Shown here one piece after another: positions 22,755-34,543 of a stretch of DNA of 64,000 nucleotides. Under the pieces are notes generated by a model. That model ran no database searches. It was given only the letters and a program-made list of their open reading frames with translations, and had not been told where the DNA came from. The DNA comes from a virus. The stretch lies in IMG/VR virus record IMGVR_UViG_3300042508_000910; one strand, written 5' to 3'. A program made the position numbers and the translations under genes. Positions within the stretch are counted from its first letter, which is position 1. The number at the start of each line of letters is the position of its first letter.

Positions 22755-23234
22755 ATGCAAATACTATGCAGACTAATACTGATTAGCGTTGTTTCGTTGG
22801 GATTATTCCGCAACGAAATTAAAGCACCTTCTTTTTCTGGCGATCAAGTAATCCAAAGATGTGTTAAGACTGAACGCTTTTTAAAAGCATTTATTCCCAA
22901 AAAAGAGATCAAGGTTCGATTAACAGCTTATTGGGCAAAAGGTGGCGATACTGATAGTTGGAGTGCAAAACGCCAAAGCTCTACTGGTGTTAGACTTAAA
23001 CCTAATATTTCAGTTGCCGTAGACCCAAGAATTATTCCTTATTTTAGCCGAGTTTATATTCCTAATCTTGGCTTTAGAGTAGCTCACGATACTGGAACGG
23101 CAGTTATTAATAAGAAGGCAAGTGGCGGTAAATACCCTGTTATTGACATTTTCTTTTTGCATAAAAAAGATGCTTTGAGGTTTGCGAATAGTAATCCAAA
23201 GATAGTAAAAGTTAAAGTCTATAATAGAATCTAA
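22755..23234 (+). CDS. 3D-domain (MltA-like) peptidoglycan protein
   Basis: N-terminal hydrophobic segment; LTAY, VAVDPRIIP, AHDTG and IDIFF (three Asp). Confidence 0.85.
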   Translation: MQILCRLILISVVSLGLFRNEIKAPSFSGDQVIQRCVKTERFLKAFIPKKEIKVRLTAYWAKGGDTDSWSAKRQSSTGVRLKPNISVAVDPRIIPYFSRVYIPNLGFRVAHDTGTAVINKKASGGKYPVIDIFFLHKKDALRFANSNPKIVKVKVYNRI

Positions 23235-23277
23235 AATAAAACTTGCTTTTATTCAAAACTAGTAGTATATTTTAGAT

Positions 23278-23580
23278 ATGGCAAAAATAAAAAAACCTTC
23301 ATTGTCTGAAAATATTAACGAATTTGTAGATATTCATTACTCTGATTACAAGAATAAGATTCTTCTTGCAGATGGATTTGATGGTGCTTTTATTGGTGTT
23401 GGAGAGAATATCAATGGCAATCCTGTGGCAATCTATTCTATTGATAAATGCTTGGATATTCTTGAAGAACAATTTAGTGAGGAAGATGACCCCGAAACTC
23501 AAGCGGTTGATTACTTTGAGTTTAATGTTCGTGGTTGTTATGTTGGAGAATTTACTCCAATGTTTATTCATACATTTTAA
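23278..23580 (+). CDS. Conserved hypothetical phage protein
   Basis: LLADGFDGAFIGV...AIYS...YFEFNVRGCYVGEFTP; own promoter with ATG 6 nt after the -10 box. Confidence 0.65.
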   Translation: MAKIKKPSLSENINEFVDIHYSDYKNKILLADGFDGAFIGVGENINGNPVAIYSIDKCLDILEEQFSEEDDPETQAVDYFEFNVRGCYVGEFTPMFIHTF

Positions 23581-25424
23581 TGAACTACAAAGAAACATTT
23601 TTTAATCTTTTAAATACATATCTTCTATTTGGATTGATGTATAGCGGAATCATTTGGTTGATATGGAATTTTCTTTTTGCATCTCTTACAGGAATTAGTC
23701 TATCGTTCTTGCAAGTATTTGGTTTGTATGTTATCACACGAATCCTAGTAGGTAATAGCTCAACACAATATGTGAGTAATTTTTACTCTCCTAAACCTAT
23801 GAGTATTGATGATATTAATAAGAAGTTTGATGAACTTAAAGAGAAGTATTCAGAAGATTTTGAATTTGAGGACAATAGAGATGACAAGAGAGATTAATAG
23901 ATTTTTACATACAATTCTTTACTTTGCTGTCGCTTTGATTGTGAAAGTAATCCAAGTTAATTATGAGATTTATAAAGGAGTATTCAAGAAATGAACACAA
24001 AAGAGAATGTAAGAAGCGGAAAAATCACAGCACAAGAGGCATACGACAAGTTGCTTCCTCTTGTTGGTGAGGAGTTTGCAGATGAATTGCCTACATTAGT
24101 TTGGCTTAAAAACCTAATTGGTGGTAGGAAGATTCAACCCAAAGTGACTCGCCAAGATAAAAAAGAAAAATTTAGAAAAAAGTTTAACCGATGATCTGGA
24201 ATCCAGCTAGATTAGTAGTAATCTTTCTTTGCGTCATTTTTTGGACTTTACTTGCATTTTTCCTTTTCGGTTGTGCAAATGCTGATAAGGTTCAAGAAAA
24301 AGAAGGTTGGTTTCCTGTTGGTATGGATGAAGATAATCAGAGTTTTTATAACTCCAAGTATAACACACTTGACAACGGACAAAAAGACCCTAATATGAAT
24401 ATAAAGGTATTCAATGCAGTATATTAAAATGAAAAATAAACTATCACAAAAACAAATAAAAGATTTATCTATTGATGATATAGTTAAAATTACAGAAGCA
24501 TTAGACAGAATTGAGAAAAAACTTGATATTGCTCTTAATATTTTTGGCAAACCATCTTCATTAAATATCAAAGGTTATCCAGCCAAAAACTTTGACTGGA
24601 CTAGCAAAATCTTTTCATTCAAAACAAAAGGTAATTCAGAGTGAGTAGCTTGCGTATAACACCAGAACTTCATCAGTTAGGTTCTGATGATAAAATATCA
24701 TTGATTTACGCTATTGATATGGCATTAAGAAATGTAGAGAATCCTATCATAATTAAGAAATTTGAAAAGATGCGTAGCAAATTACTATTGACAAAAGATG
24801 GAAAACAAAGGAGAATCTCTAAATGAGTTTTGAAGATGCTGAATATTACGAGCAAAATAATCCTTTGCTAAAGAGCAAAGAAGAACTTATTGAAGATTCC
24901 AGAAAGCTAAAAGCATTATTTCTAAAAGAATATGGAGAATTGCGTAATAAATATTTAAAATTTGGATTAATTATTGATGAAAAACCTTCTATAAACTATA
25001 ATGGAAGAATATTCTTTAATTTCATACAATGAACCAAAAATTTACATTTTCACATACATTCAAAGATGCAAATGGTAAAGAGATTAATAATACTCTTGAA
25101 ACTAATGACTTTGTTCTTGAAGATATTTGTGAGAGATTTACAGACTTTCTTCGTGGATGCGGTTTTCATTTAGATAGAGTAGAAGCATTTACAGAGGAGG
25201 AAAACTATGAAAGCAAAAATTAAAGACCCTTATTATCTTAAAGTTGGCAAGTTTAAGAAAAAGAATGTCTATGATGCTAAAGTAGATATGGGCGATAAGA
25301 TGCACAATTACTTCCTTGATCTTGGTAAGCAAGTAATTACCGATGACCAGTTTATAAATATTGGATTCAATTACGCACTAATTAAAGGCTTGGAGCTATC
25401 TAAAACTATTAAAGGTAAGAAGAA

Positions 25425-25760
25425 ATGACTTTTAATAACTATCAGACTAATGCTAGTAGAACTGCTTTCTATCCAAGAGTATTTCCAAATCAAGGACTTT
25501 ATTATACTGGTCTAGGTCTTGCTGGTGAAGCTGGCGAGATTGCTAATAAAATAAAGAAAATAATGCGAGATAATGGTGGAAAATTGAGCGAACAGGCCAA
25601 AGCAGACCTTTACGCTGAACTTGGCGATGTTCTTTGGTATTGTGCAAATATGGCCGATGAGCTTGGCGTTAATCTTGAAGATGTTGCAAAATCTAATTTA
25701 ATTAAACTTGCAGACCGATTAAAAAGAGATACAATAAAAGGAAGCGGAGATAACCGATGA
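25425..25760 (+). CDS. MazG-like NTP pyrophosphohydrolase
   Basis: LGLAGEAGEIANKIKK...ELGDVLWY...GSGDNR. Confidence 0.9.
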   Translation: MTFNNYQTNASRTAFYPRVFPNQGLYYTGLGLAGEAGEIANKIKKIMRDNGGKLSEQAKADLYAELGDVLWYCANMADELGVNLEDVAKSNLIKLADRLKRDTIKGSGDNR

Positions 25761-28700
25761 ACGCAAACCCTCTTGACTATGATGCAAAATATCCACAAAC
25801 TGCTGATACTCACACTAATGACGAAGCAAAGATTGTAATTATGGAAAGAAATATTGGTAAAAAAGTTATGTTTCAAGTTGATGGACAGCAATTTTATGGC
25901 AAGATTAGTAGCGTTCCAAACTCTGAACATTATTGTGTTGTTGTAGGAGAAAATTGGGATTGGTATATCAGAGAAGAAGCTATCCATTTTGTAGAAAATA
26001 TCTACTAATATGGGATTAATTGTTCCATTAGCTATTACAGCTTTTGTTTTTTGGTTTGTTTATCTTATATCAAATAATAGTGAAAACTAAAACATTTACT
26101 CTAAATGAAGAACAATTTAACATAGTTTTTAGAGCATTAAAAGACTATTACCATCATCATCCATCAGAAAATTTTGCAAAAGAGATTGACGAAGTTATAA
26201 AATTGCTACATACTATACCCTATGAGCAAACCTAAAACCGCAATCGAGTTTCTTGAGACTTGTTCTAGCGATGAGCAAGATTATATTTATGAATTATATA
26301 ACGATATGGCAATAAGCGATCTTATTGATCTTCTTTTTGAGTTTATGCCTTCTGATGATATTGAGGCTGAACTAGAGGATTATAGGCGTGAAACCCAAGA
26401 TGATATGGGCGAGGCACAGGGATAAAAGCGTTGGTCGAGGGTAAAATGGCTAAATTCAAGAAAAAAGCAAAGAAACTAAAGAAATCAGAGAAGCATTATT
26501 TATTCGCAGTTTTGGGCAATATTCTTAAATTTGGCTTTTCAAAAAAGGATATAAAGGATATACTAAAGAAGATATGAACGCTGTTTATTTTATAATGATA
26601 GCTTTTGGGTTTTTGTTTGTTTTATCTTTGATTATAGATTTTAAAGACTAATATGTATATCTACTTTGGTTCTAGCATAGAAGGCACTATCATTCTTCTG
26701 ATAGTATCAATAACTCTTACTGCTCTAATAGTAGGAATTTTGGGGCTATCTGCATATATTCTTGTTGTTTTAAATAAGATAAGGCAGTATATTAAAAGAA
26801 GGGGAGATAAGTAGAAGGTATATATTAAAAAGAACTATGAAAAAGGCAATTCGCTCTTTATTAGGTATAGAAATGAGCCTTGGACAGACTGAATTTAAAC
26901 CTATATTACTATTCTTTGGAGTATTCTTGTTTATAGGATTAGTTATCTTATTGTCCTTATCTTGGATTTACTTTAGAATTAAATTATTCCTATTAGATCA
27001 GTATAAAAAGCTATTAGAAGAACATAGATTATACAATAAAAAGAAAAAGAAATAAGGGTTATTAGTAGGTATTATTAGATTAGTGGGGTTTGAAAATATT
27101 ATATATCTACAAAATAGTCAATAGAAATCTTTATATATTATTATCTTATCTATGTATAATACCCCTAGTGAACTTAAAGCTAATAAAAAAGATAAACAAA
27201 AAAGCTAGAAAATATACTAAAAAAGCCTTATATATGCTACTCATAGTAATACTAATAGACATATTATATACTATGTTATTCTACTAATGAATCCTTATAT
27301 AGCTAATATAGATCACTTCTATAAAGAATACCTTAATCCCAAATATGTAAATAAAGGGTGGGCTATTGTTAATGCAGAACAATTTGAAACTTATACTAAT
27401 AGTAAGATAGTATGTGCCAGAATGACCAGCAAGACTATACCTATAACAGATTTTGATGGAACCAAACTAAATACTACTCAAAGTATAGTATATTGTGAAA
27501 GTAAAGATGATTACAGGATAGTAAAATATAATAGCAATTTTCTTGCAGTTAAGATAGCAGAACGAGAGTATGATCTAGTCAAAGATACTGAAATATGGGC
27601 TATAAGAAAAGATGGCAGATATGAATATGATCTAAAGCTAGATGCAAACCCGCCCGAATTTAAATTAATTTTAAATATACTTAATTGGAAAATGACCAAA
27701 AAATCCTATGATAGTATTGAAACTTTTTAGTTGATTTTAGGTTATTTTGTAGTATATTAAGTTATATATGCCCAAAGAGAAAAAACTTAAACTATTAACA
27801 GAGCATTTAGCTTCATTGAATCATTGGCGTAATGAACTATTGAATCTAGATAAGACTTACTATCATAAAGACCACGAAAAAGAGCGAACTATTAAAAGTA
27901 TGATAAATAAATATCTAGATGAAGTATTAGAGTATAATAAAAAAAGTAAATAAGCTAATAAAATAATGTGTAATAATATTTGAAATACTTATGATCGAAT
28001 TATCTATTCTTCTTGGTTGTTTCGCCCTCGGTTCAATATGTGGAATCAGACTAGTATAATGAACTGGCTATTAAACATATTAGACGAAATCAAATGGAAA
28101 GCCCAAGACCTAGTTTGGGCAGTTCAAGACAAATATACCCTCTGGAAAGAATTAAAAGTAGTAGACAAAGAACTAGCAGAAGTAGAAGAAATAGAAGCTA
28201 AACCAAAAAAGAAAAAAGCTAAAAAGAAAATTAAAAATAAGAAATAAGTGAAGCTCTTAAAGCTATTACAGGATTTGGTTAAGTTTATAAGCAGTTTTAA
28301 ATTAGGGTGTGGGTGCAAGGGTTGTAAGTGCAAAAAATAAGTAAAAAATAATACAAATATATATTGACATTAATCTATATTAATGGCATAATACTAATAT
28401 GAGTAAAACATATACATATACATATAACCTTGATGGTCAGGTTGTTACAAGCCCAAAGGTCTATCCTACCCTTCGTGGTGCAAAGATCGCCCTAAAGCGT
28501 TTGAGCAATCAACTCGTCAAGCAAGGCAAGGCAGTCACTAACCAATCTGTAAACCAGAATGGCTAATAAAAATACTTGGCGTAAGCGTAGGGCAGGTGTG
28601 GATGGGTATGGTGAGAAGCGAGGATTCGCTATCAATACCAGCTCAAACGAACACCGCAAGTCACCAAAGAAGAACTTCAAGGTGAAAGAGCGTCCTGTGC

Positions 28701-28772
28701 AGGTCTCCAACGAGCCAGATGAAAATCTAGTCAAAGTGGAGAAAATAAAGAAGAAAGACGCTTGAGTATTTC

Positions 28773-28805
28773 TTGCAGGTAAGGGTTCAAGTCCCTTATT
28801 TGCAA
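28773..28805 (+). other. tRNA minihelix-like hairpin
   Basis: 13-bp stem TTGCAGGTAAGGG/CCCTTATTTGCAA closing a T-loop-like TTCAAGT. Confidence 0.5.
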
Positions 28806-29969
28806 ACTTGACAAAAGCGAAATAATAAACTAAAAATAAGTTATGTGGACTCCCGCTGATATCTTTTATCTTTGTTTCATTTTAAATATGACTCCAGATA
28901 ATAATGCTCGTTTAAATGTGAGCGATATTATAGAAAATAAAGAAAATAAGATTATAGCTGAAACAATTACTTTAAGAACTCCTCAATACTAGATATAATA
29001 ATTTAAACCGTGAAACCCAAGGTTTGTGGTGAACCTGCTATCTGTTAGACCCCTTCCAGATTGCGAAAACCACCCTCTTAAATAATGATTAATAGCTATC
29101 AAATAAAAGCATTAGATGAGAATGAATTATCTTATTTGTATTATTGTTTAAATTCTGAATGGGACTCTTTAAATATGAAGTATCCTTTTGATTGGTATAT
29201 ACTTAAATCTTTTAGAAATGATAGTATTCAACATCTTTTAAATAAATATAGTTCTAACTTGACAGATGAGAATAAGCCAATTATAATGAGCATACTAAAT
29301 AAATTGGAGGCAAACTACTAATGAATCATCTTATTGCTTGGTTGGTTACAATTATTGCTTTTGCAGGATTGTTTTATCCTATTATTAGATTTGTTGGCAG
29401 CAAATATTATTATGTAGACACCACCCCAATTCGCTATTGGCTAAACAAGAATCAAAAAATAAAGAAAAGATATAAGACTTTCAAGAAGCGAAATAAGAAA
29501 CATCTTGTGGTAAATAAGATTATTAAAGTTGGTTCTTATAACAAATATTCAAATACTAGATTGACTAAAGTAAATAAATAAAATATAGTAATACTATGAA
29601 CCAAATAAACGCTTCTGGAATATTGCCAAATAGCTGGACTAATGAGGTTACTCTAGATGACTGGAGATTAATTCAAGATTGTGTTGTAGATAAGATCTCA
29701 GAGGTAAAGCACAGACAAAGCTATGGTCACGAAGATGTTGTTTATAAATTAGAAATGGTTCTAAATAAAATCCGCACGAAAGGACTATCGGTTTATCTAT
29801 GATCAAATTAATATCAATTGCACTCGTACTCTGGATATCGATGTATAGCACTTATTGGGTATGCGGTAAGTTGTTTGATTATAAGTGTGATATCTTTAAC
29901 ATCTTTAAGAAGAAAAAGAAAAGTCGCCGTAGGTCTTGACTAGGATTTAGTTTGTGGTATGCTCAATGT

Positions 29970-30473
29970 ATGAGCAAATCCAAAAAAATTAAATTACCAA
30001 AGATGGACGACATCTATCAAAAGATCGCAGAAGAACGTCTAACCAAAAGCGAAGCAGTCAAGCGTAATGCAAAAGCATTATTTGATTACCTAGAAAACAA
30101 TACTAGGATTACTTCTATCGAAGCAACATTTGATGGTTGTGGCGATAGCGGTCAGATTAACGCTGTTAATTATTACGACCATCGTGATAAAGATGTAGCC
30201 GCACCTCTCGATAATATTCAAGGGTCTAGGCTAGAAGCTGGATACCATTGGAATGAAAAGAAAAAGAAAATGGAAGAACTGCCTGCCCGTGAAGGTTGTG
30301 TTGAGGAGCTTGTTCACGAGATATGCTATGACAAGTTAGGTTCAAAGCATATGGGATGGGAGATCAACGAAGGTTCCTACGGCACATTCAGCTTTGATGT
30401 TCTTAATCGCAAGATTAGTCTTGAATTTAATGAGCGTGTCGAAAGCGTGAATACTACCGAGGAGACATTCTAA
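29970..30473 (+). CDS. DUF6878-like protein
   Basis: FDGCGDSGQI and GWEINEGSYG motifs; start moved to ATG 29970, 6 nt after the TATGCT -10 box. Confidence 0.65.
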   Translation: MSKSKKIKLPKMDDIYQKIAEERLTKSEAVKRNAKALFDYLENNTRITSIEATFDGCGDSGQINAVNYYDHRDKDVAAPLDNIQGSRLEAGYHWNEKKKKMEELPAREGCVEELVHEICYDKLGSKHMGWEINEGSYGTFSFDVLNRKISLEFNERVESVNTTEETF

Positions 30474-30823
30474 TGGCTAATCCTTACCATCATTCTGTAT
30501 CTTCAGCAAAGAAATGGGGAGGCGTTCCCGAAGATTATCAGAAGATTCACGATTGGTTCGATGAATCAAAGATGATGATGGCAGACTTTCGCCATCGTGC
30601 TTTACGACATCACGCTGAAGGAATATTTATGTGTGAGAGGATATTTGGTCACACCATTACATTAAGTAATGGAAAAAAGATTCCTACTCGCTGGATTGGC
30701 GAACAGCATGTGATTGAGGATTTGGGTCGTATTCCTTCGATGCAAGATTGGTTCAAACACATTATGCCCGAAAGTTGGATGGGCAAAACCAAGAAACTTG
30801 ACAGCGAACTAGAATTGGCCTAA
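30473..30823 (+). CDS. DUF6915-like protein
   Basis: MANPYHHSVSSAKKWGG...IHDWFDESK...RHRALRHH...EQHVIED. Confidence 0.7.
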   Translation: MANPYHHSVSSAKKWGGVPEDYQKIHDWFDESKMMMADFRHRALRHHAEGIFMCERIFGHTITLSNGKKIPTRWIGEQHVIEDLGRIPSMQDWFKHIMPESWMGKTKKLDSELELA

Positions 30824-30832
30824 AGTAGACAA

Positions 30833-30940
30833 AGATTTGTTGTGTGAGGTGATGGTGAGGTCATCGGTTGTTGCCTCCGTTAATGGCAAATCGTTTGGAA
30901 GTATCGAAAAACTTCCGCCGTTTTGAAAAAACAGTTCGCT
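30833..30940 (+). ncRNA. Candidate structured small RNA
   Basis: TTGACA-17-TAAAGT promoter (30798-30826), no ORF, consecutive hairpins. Confidence 0.4.
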
Positions 30941-31077
30941 TTTGACTACTATTAGTTGTATAATAGGGTACTATGAGCGAAGAACAATTTGAGGAGAATC
31001 TAAATTATGGAGACAATGTTAATTTTGTTGGCAGGATTCGGGATATTTTTGTATCTATCGCAGAACTAAAAAAAGAA

Positions 31078-31106
31078 TTGACAAAAGAGTAACCTTAATT
31101 TATAAT
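31078..31106 (+). promoter_or_regulatory. Perfect consensus sigma70 promoter
   Basis: TTGACA-17 bp-TATAAT. Confidence 0.88.
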
Positions 31107-31112
31107 ACTAAG

Positions 31113-31471
31113 ATACAGGGCAAACTCTCGGTTGCGAGAGGATGTAATGGAGAGTAGGTGGGGTTGATCTCCCAACAAGACTTCGTTCCCTGTATGTTCT
31201 TTGATATCAACGGGGCGAGATTAATAAGGTTGTCCGTTAACCTAAAGCGAAAAGTATACCCTTTGCGAGAAAAATACCGCAAAGTATTTCGCTAAAAGCC
31301 TCGATAAAAAACATGGAAGTACTAACCGAATCACTGGCCTAAGATGTGCGTTGGGGCACTGAGATGCTAGTGGAAAATTTTCCGTATCCTATCACAGATT
31401 GGATGTCTTGGTAAAGCGGAACCCTGCTGAGACCATATATCCTGTGAGCGTTTTTTGGTGTCGCAGAAACC
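31113..31471 (+). ncRNA. Candidate ~360-nt structured non-coding RNA
   Basis: Follows the consensus promoter, no + strand ORF in the track, GC-richer than its flanks, at least seven helices. Confidence 0.62.
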
Positions 31472-32220
31472 ATATTTTTTCTTTACAAATAACATAAATA
31501 ATATATACTACTTGAATGACTAAAACATTCAATATTGGCGAGTATGCAGTAGGCGGAAAGATTAAAGTAAGTATCCCAAAAACCTTAACTACTATTAAAA
31601 TAGATGTGCTTGATAGCAATTATGGCACAGGCAAATTGGTTAATCAATATATCTATTATAGCTTTGATAGGATTAGGATCGAGCGTGACCTTTGGCAGAT
31701 TACTACTACTTATTATACTGATATGATTACTAGCTGGATTAACAAAAACTGGCAAGTAGAATTAATCAAAAATAGTATTTGACTATATTAAAAAATAAAT
31801 TATAGTAGACCTATGAACAACACCGAAAATACAAAGAAATTCACGATTCGTATGCAACGCAACCAGATCGCAGAAGTGGACATCGAGGTAGAAGCCATCA
31901 ATGATGCTGAAGCGATTGACAAAGCTATGGAGCTTGCAGAAAATGAAACAGACGCAAGTGGCTTTGCTCTTGATTGGGACGAGGTTGATTATACCTTCGA
32001 AGCTCTTGATGTCGAGTGCGATGAGGACGAGAACGATGAGTGAGATTATTGTTGATTGTCTTATGTGGATGGCATTTGGCCTTGTTATCGTAGGATTAAT
32101 ATTGCCATTTTTATGATCACAGGAGACACAATAGTTGCCTTTCTTATCATAGCTTTTTCGGCTCTCTATATTTATCTTAATTATTATTGACTTTAATTAT
32201 TAAAAGGTGTAAGATAATAT

Positions 32221-32287
32221 ATCAACCCGCAGTACTTTCGAGGAAACGGTCTTGGGCTAGGCGTAAAAAACCTAGCCCTTGTTTTTT
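32221..32287 (+). ncRNA. Candidate small RNA ending in an intrinsic terminator
   Basis: GTGTAA motif 8 nt upstream; GGGCTAGG/CCTAGCCC hairpin followed by a T tract; no ORF. Confidence 0.4.
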
Positions 32288-32964
32288 GTATTGACTAAAT
32301 AAGAATCTGAATTAGACTAAATAGATGAAGCAATCTAAGCCCAGCAAAAATAGAAAGATCCTTGAATCTGCTGGATGGGAGAAGCATAATAGACTTTGGC
32401 TTAGTCCTTATACTAGAAATCTTCAATGCTTGAGGGTAGCTCTCCAAATAGAAAAAAGAGAAGCTCTAAATAGATGATTGATACTAATAAAATAATAAAT
32501 TACGAGCGCGGCCAATTATCTAATATTCAAATAGTTGAATTGTTCAAAGAGTTTGCTGATGAAGCAGGTGGAGCATCAGAGCTATTAAGAATACTATTGA
32601 CTAAATAATAATTTAATATATTCTAAATAGATGCACTATACCATTCAAAAAGTCATAAATAAAAATCCTTATTTATTTGGTGGCGGTTATGATGAGCAAT
32701 ATGTTGATAAGCCAGTATATTTGGCTAAATATGTTCTCTGCCAACCAGCAGAAGAATTATATTTCCCTAAATTAAAAGAATGCAAAGCTTGGTTAAATAA
32801 AATAAAAGCTACTTATACTAGGATTAAATAAATACTAAATAACTATTGACTAAATAATAAATAGGTGATAGTGAAATAGAAGGGTAAGGATATAACTATT
32901 ATTGGTATATATTTTTTAATTTTGGGCTATTGACATTAAATTAATTTGTATTATTATTGAGTTT

Positions 32965-33417
32965 ATGAAGCTCATTAATACAACCTCATATTGTTCAAAC
33001 AAACTAAAAGAAATTATTAAATGGTGCATGCCTCAAGGAGTATTCCTTAAAGACATCAGAAAGATAGATATTGGTAATACTAAATTAGGTTGGCATGGCA
33101 GAGCATGGGGCAGTATGAGACTTCATGTAGGAGTCCCAGCATATAATAAATATATTAGGCCATATAAGAGTGGTGGATTTAGAGGATATTTAGAGGTTAA
33201 TACTTATACATGGGAAGAGAGCTTAATTGAATTAATTGCTCATGAATTAAGACATATTTATCAATATAAGAAAGGTAAGTTCTATCATGGAGTTAAAAAG
33301 ATAAGAAAATATAACATGGGTACTAGGGCTAAATTAAGTGAAGTAGATGCTAGTTTATATGCTATGAGGAAAGTAAGAGAATACAGAAGGGCTAATATTA
33401 AATTCGATTTGGTTTGA
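32965..33417 (+). CDS. Putative zinc metallopeptidase (SprT-like)
   Basis: LIAHELRHIYQ HExxH motif with a downstream E.DA. Confidence 0.6.
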   Translation: MKLINTTSYCSNKLKEIIKWCMPQGVFLKDIRKIDIGNTKLGWHGRAWGSMRLHVGVPAYNKYIRPYKSGGFRGYLEVNTYTWEESLIELIAHELRHIYQYKKGKFYHGVKKIRKYNMGTRAKLSEVDASLYAMRKVREYRRANIKFDLV

Positions 33418-33419
33418 CA

Positions 33420-33492
33420 TAAGTTGTTGATTATTATATAGTTAGGGCGGCGGGCCCCCCGCGCGTGTAAGTCGTTGATAATCAAGGGGTTA
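33420..33492. repeat. 73-bp paired-palindrome element, copy 1
   Basis: TAAGTTGTTGAttaTTATATAGTTA - gggcggcgggccccccgcgcgtg - TAAGTCGTTGAtaaTCAAGGGGTTA. Confidence 0.9.
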
Positions 33493-33613
33493 GCTCATAA
33501 GAGCTTCTAATGATAAACTTTTTTGTGAGAGGATAGCTAACATCCTGGAGGTCAGTATCTTATGACATGAAAAAAGTTCTTGTCACAACTTAAAACTGTG
33601 GTATGATTATTTT

Positions 33614-34471
33614 ATGGCAAGACAAACAAAACCCGCTCAAAGTGTATACGATTTCGATGTACACCAAGAGCCACTCCTCACAACTGACGGCAAGAGGACA
33701 GGATACTTCGGCATGGTACGCCGTGATACCGCCGAACCCATTACGCTCGGAGTTTGCACCGAGCAGTATGGTGTGGTGAAGAATGCAGACCTCATCGAGA
33801 TGGTGGAAACCAACCTCGCCAATCATGACAAGCTCTCGAATTTTACTTCGAAGAAGTTTGTCGTGCGTGACGGCGCTCGTTTCTACGCTTCCTACGACTT
33901 CACCGATTTCAAAACGGAATTGAAGCCTGTGGGCAAGCGAGCCAAGGGTGACATTCTCGGGTTGCGGCTGGTCGTTAACAACAGTTATGACCGCTCGACT
34001 CGTGTTTCGTTGTCTCTCGGCTTCCTTCGTCTCGTCTGCGAGAACGGTATGACCTCGCTTACCAAGGAGTTCAGCATGACCAAGCGCCACACGCTTGCGG
34101 TCAATCTCGACTTCGTTGGTGATGCATTGGCTCATGCTTGTGACAGCGTGGAATCTTCGGCGCAAGTTTTCAACAAGCTAGCGCAGAAGGCTCTCACTAA
34201 CGAACAGGGCTTGAACCTGCTCACCAAGCTGGAAGAGAAAGACATTATCTCTGGCAAGGTGCGTGAGGGGATCGAGGCTGTTTGGCGCAATCCCGCTTAT
34301 GAGGAGGATACGGATCGCAATCTGTATAACCTTTATAATGCGGCAACTCAGTTCCTGACTCGCAATGTCTCAACAGAGCGCTACGAGTACAGCGAGCGTG
34401 TCAACCGTGACCTGCTCAAAGTCTTCAGCGGCAAGACCCGTGACGAAGACCTCTTGAAACTGGTCGCCTAA
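33614..34471 (+). CDS. DUF932/DUF945-family protein
   Basis: LGVCTEQYGVVKN, NNSYDRS, RLVCENG, KRHT and LYNAAT motifs; clearly GC-richer codon usage than its flanks. Confidence 0.75.
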   Translation: MARQTKPAQSVYDFDVHQEPLLTTDGKRTGYFGMVRRDTAEPITLGVCTEQYGVVKNADLIEMVETNLANHDKLSNFTSKKFVVRDGARFYASYDFTDFKTELKPVGKRAKGDILGLRLVVNNSYDRSTRVSLSLGFLRLVCENGMTSLTKEFSMTKRHTLAVNLDFVGDALAHACDSVESSAQVFNKLAQKALTNEQGLNLLTKLEEKDIISGKVREGIEAVWRNPAYEEDTDRNLYNLYNAATQFLTRNVSTERYEYSERVNRDLLKVFSGKTRDEDLLKLVA

Positions 34472-34492
34472 ACTAAAACCGAAACCTTAACA

Positions 34493-34525
34493 GAGGCGGG
34501 GGACAAAATCCCCCGCTTCTTTTTG
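34493..34525 (+). terminator. Intrinsic terminator
   Basis: GAGGCGGGGGA/TCCCCCGCTTC hairpin followed by TTTTT. Confidence 0.85.
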
Positions 34526-34543
34526 CTTAAATTTGATGAGTTG

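Noticed and set aside
31113-31471. tmRNA, RNase P RNA or group I intron
   Set aside because: There is no tRNA-like 3' end with T-loop/CCA, no GAGGAAAGUCC motif, and no interrupted host gene.
32221-32250. Hammerhead ribozyme
   Set aside because: GAAAC is present but the CUGAnGA core is absent.
33590-34165. 191-aa minus-strand ORF
   Set aside because: It is antisense to the GC-rich DUF932-family gene, an expected shadow ORF.
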